Source: Chiloscyllium plagiosum (taxonomy: Eukaryota). From it: a DNA stretch of 64,000 bases. Position 1 is the first letter of the stretch. Each line of letters begins with the position of its first letter. The position numbers and the translations under genes were made by a program. Below, in pieces: positions 39,768 through 52,504 of this stretch. The DNA lies in assembly GCF_004010195.1 (NCBI RefSeq), contig NC_057718.1, positions 68,914,918-68,978,917 on the forward strand, read 5' to 3'. The notes below the pieces were generated by a model, which did not search any database, was not told the DNA's origin, and saw only the letters and a program-made list of their open reading frames with translations.

Positions 39768-41099
39768 GTTAGTAACTGGTACTTACAACTAAATTTGAAC
39801 TTGTTAAATTGTATTTAGATTTCATAAAGTAAAACATCACTATTTTACATTTTTTAAATGATTTCAATCACTTTCTACGCCTTCATGCTTTGCTGACATT
39901 CCTAAACCTTTCCTTCTCTTTAAACTAACATTCATTTCTAAAACTACCTCTTCATTTTACTATCGTTCATGGCCATTCTGCTTCTACCCTTCCAAATTTT
40001 AGATTAAGACATTTATGCATGTATCTGTATATCACTCTGTTTCACTTTTGAGCCATTTCATTTTGCATTTGTTCCTAGGAAAAACGATTTTCCCTGAGTC
40101 ATTTACAGGCCTCTTCAAACTCCTACATATGAGCCTATGACGTTTTATTCAGTGCAATACATCAGCTGTCAATTTACTGAACTAGTTGCCCGTCTCCATA
40201 TTCACACTTGTTTCTCGCAAAATCTTAATTTGCAGTTGTCCCGGTTGTTTTCTCCTGATGTTCACTTTTCAAATCTAAGGCATGAAAATTTGAACATATT
40301 TGCCGGACAAATAATTTAGCAATCTGTCACTTGATCTCAATGGATTCTGGCAGAAACCTCTGCTGGTGGTGTTGAGCTTGAAGGTGGGGGAGGGAACTTA
40401 ATTAGGTGAGATGGTGGTATACTGAACCCTGCCACCTTCACCAGAAATAAATTCTGGGCATTAAAGTGCCTGAGGACCAATTGGATTTCATATGTGGTCA
40501 GGGTGTCACTATGGAATATGCAGCAGGGATTGACTGCATAATTTAATCAACATAAATGTAAATGTGGATTTATTTACATTTTAGAAGTGCTATTTTATGA
40601 TTGGGGTCTCAACTGGCTGTTATAAGGGGAGACATTTGAATGTTTAAAGGTTGCATATAGTATTTTATTCTAATTTGAATCATTCCTGTTCTACAAAGAC
40701 CCCAATCTGGTGAATTCTGAACTCACATTCATTTCTGAGGTAGTTTAACATTCAGTACACAAAAGGACATCCCTCTTGCTTGGTCATCCAGACCTGGATC
40801 TTGAGATTGAATTAGGGCAGTAAATGTTGAAAATGTATTTAACAGCTTATACGGACAGTTGCCTAATGTGGCAAGCTAAGTTTTCAGTTGCCAGTAGAGA
40901 TGGGCAGTTGCAGATCATATTCCTGAAAGATATTGATGTCCTTATCATTGTGGACCCAGTATCTTTGGAAAATGATGCAGTTTTCAAAAGGAGGGCAAAG
41001 AGTTAATAGAATCCCTACAAAGGGGAAGCAGACCGTTTGGCCCATCAAGTCCGCACTGACCCTCCGAACAGCATCCCACTATTGATAGACTTCCTTAAG

Positions 41100-41510
41100 T
41101 CCAAGGACCATCACTTAGACAGTCTTGATCATTAAGGTGCCTTCAGACCAGCCAGCCAGATTCATGAAGGCAATCACTTGTTGCATATCCATCTGCTCTG
41201 TGGGTCATAGGAAGCACATCTTCCACTTGGTTTTCCGGGCAACTGTCATGATTCCAAAACACTGTAAGATTCCAAGATGCCTGGCCTCTTCAGACCAATG
41301 TCCAGACTCCATGGGTAGTTGATGGGATTTGAGGGCGATCCCCTTAGGTGCCAGCTGACCCTGGTATGGTACCCTGGAATGGATGCAGACACACTGTAAT
41401 CAAACATCTCTACTAATACATACCTATATTGAACAAACCATTGGTACCTTGATGACCACCATTTTGGTCAAGTGGTGCTCTCCAGTAAAGTCAGCCAAGG
41501 TATTGGCCAA
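41100..41510 (+). mobile_element. Possible PIF/Harbinger transposase remnant
   Basis: CNQTSLLIHTYIEQTIGTL resembles the YN..H...R..IEQT.G.LK segment of DDE_Tnp_4. Confidence 0.4.
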
Positions 41511-41513
41511 GGT

Positions 41514-41859
41514 GGGGCAGCACAGTGACTCAGTGGTTAGCACTGCTGCCTCACAGCGCCATGACCTGGGTTCGATTCTGGCCTTGGGTGACTGTGTGGA
41601 GTTTGCACATTCTCCCCGTATCTGCATGGGTTTCCTCCGGGTGCTCCGGTTTCCTTCCACAACATAAAGATGTGCAGGTTAGGTGAATTGGCCAGGCTAA
41701 ATTGCCCATAGCGTTCAGGGATGTCTAGGCTAGTTGCATTAGTCATGGGTAAATGTCAAGTAATAGGCTAGGGGAATGAATCTGGATGGGTTACACTTCG
41801 GAGGGTTGGTGTGGACTTGTTGGGCCAAATGGCCTGTTTCCACATTATAAGGATTCTAT
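41514..41859 (+). mobile_element. HE1-like V-SINE
   Basis: Head, V-domain, tail. Confidence 0.85.
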
Positions 41860-42269
41860 GGTATCTCATGTTGAGGTTAGTTGCTCTGTGTTGTACAAAA
41901 CTGTAGAAAGGATACTGAAGCAGGTTGAAAAGAATGACCCGGAATGGCACCCTCCCTCGAAGGACGGAAGGAAAACAGAAGAGTGGGATAAAGGTGGATC
42001 TGTTGAGGAGTCTGGTGCCCAGTCATGAGGGAGAGAGACCACTGACATCATCTCAGGCCTCAGATATTGGTAGGCTGGTGTAGCCACAAAAGCCACACTA
42101 TTCAATAAATCCTTACTTGAACAGCATTCAGCCCTATTACAGGAGACTGTGTAACATGCTTTCCATCAGACAAAGAAATTATCCAGTAAGTGCAATCATC
42201 TAGATAATCTCAATGACACCCAAATACATTGATAATGGGGTGTCTAACACCATCAATTGTCCCATATCA

Positions 42270-42715
42270 TAAGGCATTTGGTGTGCTTTCTTTTATTGGT
42301 CAGAGTATTGAGTACAGGAGTTGGGAGGTCATGTTGTGGCTGTACAGAACATTGGTTAGGCCATTGTTGGAATATTGCGTGCAATTCTGGTCTCCTTACT
42401 TTCAGAAAGATGTTGTGAAACTTGAAAGAGTTCAGAAACGATTTACAAGGATGTTGCCAGGGTTGGAGGATTTGAGTTATAGGGAGAGGCTGAATAGGGG
42501 TGGTACGTGTATGGAATGAGCTGCCAGAGGAAGTGGTGGAGGCTGGTACAATTGCAACATTTAAGAGGCATTTGGATGGGTGTATGAATAGGAAGGGTTT
42601 GGAGGGATATGGGCCGGGTGCTGGCAGGTGGTCTAGATTGTGTTGGGATATCTGGTCAGCATGGACAGGTTGGACCGAAGGGTCTGTTTCCATGCTGTAC
42701 ATCTCTATGACTCTA
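42270..42715 (+). mobile_element. CR1 (HER1-like) 3' fragment
   Basis: LYRTLVRPLLEYCVQFWSP..LERVQKRFTRMLPG; VRVWNELP. Confidence 0.88.
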
Positions 42716-43214
42716 AACCAAGCACTGATTCCAACATCCAAGCCATCACCATTTCAACTTTGATTTGAGATTTATTAACACAGATATTCAGTCATAATCA
42801 TCAGCTATTATTATTTCAAAAGAAATGAATGATGAAATAAACACACAACTTCATTCTGTGTATCTAACTATGTGATCCTGTACATTCACTCCCACTTCTA
42901 CAGGGTGTTCACTTGTTATGTGGTACTTACCTGTAACGCCTTATTCTAAAGCTGAAGGGTGGTAGATGTGTATGTTAATTGATGGAATGCAGCTATAGTA
43001 TGATGTTGCAGGCTCTGTGGAGTCTCCTCCAGTCAGGAAGGTTTCATTCACTCTGCAGGGACACTCTGCTCCCCTTCCGCTGCAGGTCGTATGTCACTCA
43101 TGATATTTTTTTCTGCATGCTGAGGAGAGAGGACAGAATACTCTGACCTTCCTGACCTGTTCCAACATGACCTTGATATGAACTGTTGAATTCTTCAGTG
43201 GCATCCAATTCTCA

Positions 43215-43490
43215 TGGCACGGCATTCTAACCAGAACTCTTATCAACAAACGCATTGGACCCCATCTACCACCCCCTGAGAAAAAGAACAGGAAGTGACA
43301 TCACCACAGGAAATGACATCGCCAACCCAGACATATAAATAGAAAGCAGGAAACATCAGCAGTGCTTTGTCTGGAGGCTCACTGATGTTACCTATAATGA
43401 TGACGTAACGTCTGAAAATGAACCTTCAGCTCAGTGAGCAAACCTACGTCCAGAACCGCAACCTGAGTGACAAAATTTCTCAAAACCTTA
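43215..43490 (+). mobile_element. Poseidon-type PLE pLTR (decayed hammerhead)
   Basis: Homologous to 31800-32080 and 45820-46086. Confidence 0.75.
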
Positions 43491-43751
43491 TCCAATTCTC
43501 AGTTGCTTTGTGGCTAATCACTCATTAATTCTACTCATCACTTGCTCTGACAGTGTGGAGAAATATGGGTACTCGGACTCTGAGCACATGTGCAGCCTGT
43601 CTATTAGAGATCAGTTGTCTGGGTATCACTTGCTCATCCTTTTTCCAGATGTAATGGGTTATTTAATCTTTTATGACATGACTGATACCATCCTTTTCAC
43701 TCGCCTACTGGTGACCTCTCTACTTGCCTCCATTCAGACCGTTTCAATGGC

Positions 43752-44043
43752 TCTGAACTGATTTCTTCTGCAGATACCAGGATCTCTCTCTCTCTCACCT
43801 CTCTGCAGCGCCTCAACTAACACCTCAAGAGGAACTTTGGAGAACTTTGCAGCTGTCCATTGATGCCTTCTCATTCCAAAGTTACCCTTCTGCAAACTCT
43901 TTTGCACCCAGATGTGGAGATCAGAGATGGAAATGTGTTGCTGGAAAAGCGCAGCAGGTCAGGCAGCATCTAGGGAACAGGAGAATCGACGTTTCGGGCA
44001 TTAGCCCTGAAGATTTCTGAACTGATTTCTTCTGCAGATACCA

Positions 44044-44083
<40 letters not shown>

Positions 44084-44192
44084 TCTCTGCAGCGCCTCAA
44101 ATAACACCTCAAGAGGAACTTTGGAGAACTTTGCAGCTGTCCATTGATGCCTTCTCATACCAAAGTTATCCTTCTGCAAACTCTTTTGCACC
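43752..44192. repeat. Direct duplication (43752-43908 and 44016-44192) with (CT)n, separated by a family A pLTR fragment
   Basis: Near-identical copies differing mainly by 20 bp of CT repeat. Confidence 0.9.
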
Positions 44193-44367
44193 ACCTCCTC
44201 TGTCACAGGCAAGCCCAGCCTAGGCTGCTCAAAGAGTTTCTAGAATCTGCTCCCACATACTCCTGGCACCACTAAAATTGGATCCCCCAGGCCAATTTAA
44301 AATTGTTTTGAGTCACTGAGTGATACAGCACAGAATCGCGACACAGGAATATTCTAGTCATCGGGAT

Positions 44368-44788
44368 CCTAAACCTCACCTCACCTCCCTCCAAGGCCCC
44401 AATGGATCCTTCCATATCCGTCTCAAATTCACCTGCACCTCCACATACATCATTTACTGTATCCGCTGCACCCCATGTGGTCTCCTCTACATTGGGGAGA
44501 CAGGCCGCCTACTTGCGGAACGTTTCAGGGAACACCTCTGGGACACCCGCACCAGCCAACCCAACCGCCCCATGGCTGAACACTTTAACTCCCCCTCCCA
44601 CTCCACCAAGGACATGCAGGTCCTTGGCTGCCTCCATCGCCAGACCCTGGCCAAATGACGCCTGGAGGAAGGGCGCCTCATCTTCCGCCTCGGCTCATTC
44701 CTGAAGAAGGGCTTATGCCCGAAACGTCGATTCTCCTGCTCCTCGGATGCTGCCTGGCCTGCTGTGTTTTTCCAGCACCACACTTTTC
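44368..44788 (+). mobile_element. Neptune-type PLE GIY-YIG + pLTR with intact hammerhead at 44697-44732
   Basis: FTCTSTYIIYCIRCTPCGLLYIGETGRLLAERFREH; CTGAAGA-A-GGGC(ttat)GCCC-GAAA-CGTC. Confidence 0.9.
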
Positions 44789-45269
44789 ATCCCCAATTCA
44801 TCAATCGTATTACAGCGAATTTGCATTAACTAAACATTCTAGCAGAATGACCTGTACTTTCCCATTTATTTGCTCCTTATCTGCATGTATATTCATTTCA
44901 GTTAACCTGCTTAGGCATGTTATGACAAATTGACGGGGCAGTTGGAACTTGAATCCTGTCCTGTTGGCCTAGAGGTAGGGATGCAATCACTGCACTACAA
45001 GAACCCCTGTCCATGACTGTGAATTTATTTAGCCTCATTCATTACATGCTGACAATCACTCTTTGCATTTGTCAGCTTTCTTCATTTAAGTTGACATTCA
45101 TGGATATAACTTTCAATCTTTTAATTGTGTGGTTATTTTGTATAATCTGTTGAATTTGAATTTTGTCTACAAATTACTATATTTTGTTCTCCATGCTCTT
45201 AGTGGGATAATTAAAATCATACTTCATTAAATTTTCTAAATGAGCTGTTTTCAAATCTAACCAATAGCT

Positions 45270-46086
45270 GAGTGAGTTTTGAGAAGATTTGTAGCTCAGG
45301 TTGAAGTTCCAGATGTAGGTTTGCTCGCTGAGCTGGAAGGTTCATTTTCAGACGTTTCGTCACCCTACTAGGTGCCATCTTCAGTGGGCCTTCAGCAAAG
45401 CACTGCTGATAATTCCTAGTTTCTATTTATATGTTTGGGTTTTTTTGGGTTGGTGATGTCATTTCTTGTGGTGATGTCATTTCCTGTAGTGAGGTCACTT
45501 CCCGTTCTTTTTCTCAGAGAGTGGTAGATGGGGTCTAACTCGATGTGTTTGTTGATAGAATTCTGGTTGGAGTGCCATGCTTCTAGGAATTCTTGAGCGT
45601 GTCTTTGTTTGGCTTGTCTTAGGATGGATGTGTTGTCCCAGTCGAAATGGTGTTCTTCCTCATCCGTATATAAGGATATTAGTGAGAGAGGGTCATGTCA
45701 TTTTGTGTCTCACTAGTATCCTTACATACGAATGAGGAAGGACACCACTTCGACTGGGACAACAACGCATCCATCCTAGGACAAGCCAAACAAAGACACG
45801 CATCAGAATTCCTAGAAGCATGGCACTCCAACCAGAACTCTATCAACAAACACATCAAGTTATACCCCATCTACCACCCCCTGAGAAAAAGAACAGGAAG
45901 CGAGTTCACTACAGGAAATTACATCACCACAAGAAATAACATCATCAACCCAAAAAAACCCAAACATATAAATAGAAACCAGGAATTATCAGCAGTGCTT
46001 CGCCGGAGGCCCATTGAAGATGTCACCTAGTAGGGTGACGAAATGTCTGGAAATGAACCTTCCAGCTCAGCAAGTAAACCTACATC
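45270..46086. mobile_element. Palindromic Poseidon-type PLE insertion
   Basis: About 380-bp inverted arms; TSD CTAACCAATAGCT at 45257-45269 and 46087-46099; hammerheads at 45348-45387 (-) and 46011-46050 (+, mutated). Confidence 0.9.
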
Positions 46087-46853
46087 CTAACCAATAGCTA
46101 TTGTCTCTTCAGCTATTTTTCACCTACTGACATCCTGGGAGGTATTGGTGGTAGTAACATTCAACTAGTAATCCAGAGGGCTAAGCTAATGCTCCAAGGA
46201 CATCAGTTCAAATCTTGCCATGGCAGTTGATGGAATTTGAATTAAGGAAATAAATATGGAACATAAAACTAGTATCAATAATGGTGGGCATGTCGACTGT
46301 CATCAGTTGTTGTTAAAACAAAAGTCCATTTGGTCCATTAATGCCTTGTGGAAATGAAACTGCCATCATTACCCAGTGTCACCTACATGTAACTCCAGAC
46401 CAAAAGCAATGTGATTGACATTTAACCACCTCTGAAAGATCGAGTAATCCACTTCAAGGGCATTTAGGAATAGGAAACGACTACTGACCTTGCCAATAGT
46501 GCCCATGTTCCATGAAAGAATATTTTAAAACATCTTGCACCCGTGATACTCTCTGACCACCATATCCATTGGTGACATTAGGTAGAGGTCCCACCACTAG
46601 CTTGTGAATATTCTGGCTGAAAGATGAGGGCAGTCAATTCATAAACTCAAGACTAAGATCAATAGATTCCTGTGCATCAGGAGAACTGAGATATGGAGAT
46701 ACTGTCGGAAATGTGAGTTTTTTTTAAAGTTCTGTGATCTTAACAAGTTGCCAGGATTGCTCCAGTTTTTTTTTCTGGTCTTAATAAGTAAAACAAATGA
46801 GGAAATGGGAAATAAAATGTAAATAGAAAATCTGTTTCATTTTTCTTTTGCAG

Positions 46854-47046
46854 AGAGGTTGCCGTGGATAGGGTGAAGACTGGGATGGGTGGAAAGACTG
46901 GGAACAAAGGAGCAGTAGCACTTCGTCTGCAGTTTTACAGCAGCACACTCTGCTTCATCTGTGCCCATCTGACAGCTGGACAGTCACAAGTGAAAGAAAG
47001 AAATGAAGATTATAGAGAAATCATGCAGAAACTCAGCTTCCCAATG
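46854..47046 (+). CDS. SYNJ2: SYNJ2 exon, [15 protein letters not shown]...[18 protein letters not shown]...SFPM
   Basis: ttgcAG / GTATTT; 193 nt, phase 2 to 0. Confidence 0.95.
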
Positions 47047-47061
47047 GTATTTATTCTTTCT

Positions 47062-47295
47062 TGAGTTGAAACTTTATTGCTGGAACAGCACAGCAGGTCA
47101 GGCAGCATCCAGGGAACAGGAGACTCGACGTTTCGGGCACAGGCCCTTCTTCAGGCCCTTCTGCTCATTCCTGAAGAAGGGCCTGTGCCTGAAACGTCGA
47201 GTCTCCTGTTCCCTGGATTTTGCCTGACCTGCTGTGCTGTTCCAGCAATAAAGTTTCAACTTTGATCTCCAGCATCTGCAGACCTCACTTTCTCC
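47062..47295. mobile_element. Young fold-back PLE pLTR (family A) next to a SYNJ2 splice donor, two hammerheads
   Basis: About 92-bp near-perfect arms; TSD TATTTATTCTTTCT at 47048-47061 and 47296-47309. Confidence 0.92.
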
Positions 47296-48972
47296 TATTT
47301 ATTCTTTCTGCACAGTTACGTTTTAGTCAATTAGCATGCTGTTTACCTCTGGAACCAGATTTAAATGTAGCCCAGGAATTAAGATGATGGATTCTCCATT
47401 TTGATTTTGTTTAAATTTTTTCTCTGCTCTTGGTGAGTCATATAAAAATGAGTTTAGTTTGTTCCAGCATGTTCTTATTGTACATGTATATTTTGCACAA
47501 AACTCTGAAAGAGCCGTTCAGTGCCAATTATTGAAATCAGGATTGCTAGTACAGAAATTGATAATGTTCAAAGGATACATCAAAGCAGGGTAAGAAAACA
47601 ACCAGAAGTTAGGAGAAAATTTTAATATCACGACCATAACTTGTTTAATTAAAATTTATTAGATTATAAGGCATGATGAAGAAGTATTGATATGAAAAAT
47701 AAATTGGCAGATCAAGCATTGGAACAGGAATGGAAAAAAGTTAGGGGAGAAAAACGTTATGTTTTTGAAGAGAAATAACAAGTGTATATGCAAAGTTACG
47801 AATTGGAATTGGAAATGAAAATGATACGGGGAAATGATAACCTGTATTAATTTAATAACTATAACCTATAATGTGTCTTCACATTAAGAAGGTGAGAACG
47901 AGAAAGACTGTGGATGGATTTGATGATGCGCTATTTTAGAATGTATTATGGGCATTGTGCAATATCAACATTTATTATCTATTTTTAATTGCTCTTCAGA
48001 AGGTAGTAATGAACCAACTATTTCAAAACACTGTAACCTGTGTAGAAAGATTCCTATACAGTGCTATAAGATAGGGAATTTATATGACTTTGACCCAGCA
48101 ACAGTGAGAGAAAAGTGAGAAATTCCGTTCTGGGGAAAGGAATTTGGGACACGTAAAGAGCCTAGGAGGTGCTGCCCTTCTAAGTGATAGATGCAATCAG
48201 TTGGGAGGTGCTGTTGAAAATGACTGAGTTGCTATAGTGGAATAAAGGAACTGGGGTTTCTTTACAAGATTGGATTACTGAAGCTTGTGCATTCTACATG
48301 GAGCAAGGGAAATTGAGAGGAGATTTGACAGAAATGGGCAAGATTAGACCAAGTTTTTGAAAGGTAGGCACAGAAAGCTATTTATTAGCTAATGAAGAAA
48401 GTATTAGGAGACATAGATTTAGGATTTTAAGTAAAGAGATGTAAACAGAATATGAGGAAGAACTTTATTCAGTGGGTGATAATGAAATCGGACTTATAGT
48501 ATTAACAAAAGCAATGAATAATTTCAAATGAATATTGGGTGGGTACTTGAAAGAAAGAAATTAAATGGCTTTGAGCAGAGAAGTGGACTGACTGGATTGC
48601 TTTGTGGTGAGCCAGCATACACTCAATTGGTTGAAGGCCCGCCTTAGTGCCCTAAGTAATTTGATGACTCTAGGTGCAGTCTTTTTGAGTCTGTTATGCC
48701 ACTTGGTGAGATTTTGGGAGATCTGACCTGACACCACATACTTGCCTGTGTCCCATATCATTTGATATGTTTGACTAATAAAAATCTGTGCTTCTCAGTT
48801 TTAAGAATAATGGTTGATCCAGCAGTAACTGCTGCTTGCAGAAAAATGTTGCAGACGTCTACCACCCTGTAGAGTCATAGAGATGTACATGTTTTGATTT
48901 GCTCTGACTAGAGCTTGTCTGATTGGCCTAAGTGTAGTGTTTTGGATATGACCTTAGCCTTGTCCACACTAA

Positions 48973-49244
48973 GATTAGATTTACAGATTACATTACAGTG
49001 TGGAAACAGGCCCTTCGGCCCAACAAGTCCACACCGACCCGCCGAAGCGCAACCCACCCATACCCCTTACCTAACACGGGCAATTTAGCATGGCCAATTC
49101 ACCTGATCTGCACATCTTTGGACTGTGGGAGGAAACCGGAGCACCCGGAGGACGTGCAAACTCCACACAGTCAGTCGCCTGAGTCGGGAATTGAACCCGG
49201 GTCTCTGGCGCTGTGAGGCAGCAGTGCTAGCCACCGTGCTGCCC
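48973..49244 (-). mobile_element. HE1-like V-SINE (internally deleted)
   Basis: Head and tail on minus strand. Confidence 0.85.
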
Positions 49245-50014
49245 ACTAGTGGAAAGGGGAGAATCTCCTAATTTGTATTATCTATTCCCTTAGTATTTTC
49301 AAAAGTTTGATCAAATCATCTTCTAATCTCCTACATTCCAGGGAACACAAAACTAATTTGTGCAAAACAAAAATCAAATAATTATTATGCTAGAAATCTG
49401 AAGAAAATATTGCTGGAAATAATCATGGATTAGACAGCGTCTGAGCAAAAGAAAGCAGAGTTACCTTGTCATGATTAAGGAATTTTTTTATCTCTTCTTG
49501 TAATTTAACCTTTCAAGTTCAGGTTGCATTCTGGTAAATCTATACTGCATTGTATCCAAGGCTGGTCATATCCTACCAAAGATACGGTGCCTAGAACTTC
49601 TCACACTGTTCCACATGTAATCTGACCAGAGCTTTGCACAGTAAAAGCATGACATCTGTTTGTATTCTAGTCCTCTGCATAAAATGGCCAGAATTCTATT
49701 AGTGCTTTTGATTAATTTCTGTTCTTGTTCATGACATTTTAATGATATATGCATCTGGTAAGTGTAGATACCAGAATGAAATGTGAATGCAGAAGTGTCA
49801 ACCTGCACCACAAGAATGCCTGCAACCATCCGAAAGCATATGCTCACTTTATCAGCTTCAAGTGAAATGCATCAGCTCCTTTGGAATACAAGCTCCAGTG
49901 ACTCCCTCAGGTGACAATAGATGACAGAGTAGGGAATTTTGCAAATATTGCCTGCTCCAGCTTGGAACAAACATAAAATATATCAGTTTATTGCCATGGT
50001 CAGCATCAGAGGCT

Positions 50015-52110
50015 TTATTTTATATTCACTCGTGGGATGTAGGTGTTGCTAGCAAAGTCAGCATTTGTTGCCTATCCCTGATTGCCCTTGAGAAGGTGGT
50101 GGAAAACTGCCTTCATGAACCGCTGTAACCCATGTGCAGTATGTAGCCCCACAATGTTGTTAGAGAATGCCAAGATTTGACACAGAATGATTCAGGATGA
50201 TGAAGGACTTGGAGGGGAGTTTGCAGGTGGTGGTGTTCCCATATATCTGCTGCCCTTGTCATTTTATATGGGAATGGTTATGAATTTGAAAGATGCTATC
50301 ACAGAATCTTTGGTAAATTTCTGCAGAGCATCTTATAGGTAGTACACTTTGCTGTTACTGAACATCATTAGTGAGGGTGTGAATATTTGTAGATGTGGTG
50401 CCAATCAAGTGGACTATTTTATCCTAGCTGAGGTCAAGCTTCCTGAGTGTGTTGGAGCTGTACCCATCCAGGCAAGTGGGGAGTATTCCAGCACACTCCT
50501 GACTTGTGTCTTGTAGATGATAGACAGGCTTTGGGGAGGCAGGAATTGAGTTGTTTGGTGAAGTATTCCTAGCCTCTGGACCTGCTTGTGTAGCCATTGT
50601 TTACATATGGCAAGTCCATTTGAGTTTCTGGTCAGTGGTAACTTATAGGATCTTGATAGTGGGGGATTCAGTGATGGTAATGCCATTGAGTGTTAAGGGA
50701 TGATGGGTGGATTGTGTCTTTTGGAGATTGTCATTGCCTGGCATTTTGTGTGATATAATTACTGCTTGTCAGTATTTTTCAGCCCAAGCCTGGATGTTGT
50801 CCACTTCTTTTTGCATTTGAATAAAGACTTGCTCAGTATCAGAGGGTCATAAATAGTACTGAACGTTGCGCAATAATCAGCAAACATCCCCTACTTCTGA
50901 CCTTGATGGAGGGGAGGCCATTTGTGAAGCACTGGAAAATGATTGGGCATGAGACACTACCCTGAGGAACTCCTGCAAACATTCCTGGAGTTAAGGTGAC
51001 TGACTTCCAATATGATCCTATCAGCAGAAAGCTTTTCCCCTGTTTCCCAGTGATTTGAGTTTTGCTATGATCCTTGATGCTGCGTTCAGTCAAATGAAGC
51101 CTTGATGCCAAGGGCTATCATTTTCACCTCACCTCTAGAATTCAGCTCTTTTGTCTGTGTTTGGACCAAAACCGTAATGAGATCAGAAACTGAATGGCCC
51201 TGGTAGAACCCAGTCTAATCATTTGTGAACCATTGCTGAGCTAATGCTGCTGGATAGCAGTGTTGATGATACCTTTCACCACCATTTGTGGAGTCTCCTC
51301 CTTCAGCAAGTTGTTTAATAGTACACCACAATTCATGACTGGATGTGGCAGGACTGAAGAGCTTAAATCTGACCCGAGGGATTGTTTAGTTCAGTTACTT
51401 TTGCTGTTTGGTATGCAAGTAGTTTTGTAGCTTCACCAGGTTGACATCTTGTTTTTAATGTATGCCTGGTGTTGCTACTGATATGCCCTCCTGCACTCTT
51501 CATTGGACCAGGATTGATTCCCTTGGTTGATGGTGACAGTAATGGTAGAATGGGGGATATGCAGGGTAATGCGATTGTGTTGGACTGTGATTCTGCTACT
51601 GCTGATAACCACAGCACCTCATGGATGCCTAATCTTGATTTGCTAGATCTGTTTAAAGTCTGCCCCATTTAGTATAATAATAATGTCTCACAACATGATA
51701 GAGAGTGTTCTTCATGTGAAGGTGGGTTTTCATCTCCATGAGGAATGCACAGTATCTTACTGATAGATGGACAGATGCATCTCTGACAGATTGGTTAAGA
51801 TGAGGTTAAGTAAGTTTTTTCCCAATGGTTTGTTCCATCACCAGCTGCCCTAGTCCCAGTCTAGCATCTATGTCATTTAGGATCTGCCCTGCTTGATCCA
51901 TATAGTGCTGCTGAGCCGCTGTTGGTGAAGACCATTGAAATCTGCTACCCAGAGTACATTCTGCACCCTTGCCACCCTCAGTGCTTTCTCCAAGTGTTGT
52001 TCAACATGGACGACTTCTGATTCCCCAGTCAAGGGAGGATGGTAGGTAGTAATCAGTGGGAGGTTTCCTTGCCCACATTTGACCTGATACATTGACTCCA
52101 GACTCCATGA
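50015..52110 (-). mobile_element. Degraded CR1/L2-group LINE
   Basis: AGVPQGSVSCPIIF, IYKTQVRSVLEYSPLAW, NVLWVADFN fragments. Confidence 0.7.
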
Positions 52111-52181
52111 CTCAATGTTAGGCTTTGAGGCTTTCAGGACAGAGTCTGCAAATGTTGCTGGTTTGACTGGTCTTGAATCTA

Positions 52182-52336
52182 GGCGAAAGTGGGTACTGCA
52201 GACGCTGGAGATTAGAGTCAAGATTAGCGTGGTGCTGGAGAAGCACAGCAGGTCAGGCAGCATCCGAGGAGCAGGAAATGTCGATTTTTCTGCTCCTTGG
52301 ATACTGCCTGACCTGCTGTGCTTTTCCAGCACTACT
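52182..52336. mobile_element. Fold-back PLE pLTR (family A)
   Basis: Perfect 15-bp TSD CTGGTCTTGAATCTA at 52167-52181 and 52337-52351. Confidence 0.85.
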
Positions 52337-52504
52337 CTGGTCTTGAATCTATCGTTTCACTGAAGACATGAAAAGGTATGTTACTTCTTTAACATTCCAT
52401 TCCCTTCACCTGAGTGACATCCTATTAGACTAGTAATTGCTTAGAAAATTTCTATCCTATTTCAATTTGATTACATAATATTTGCTGTTCATTTATTGTG
52501 ACAG

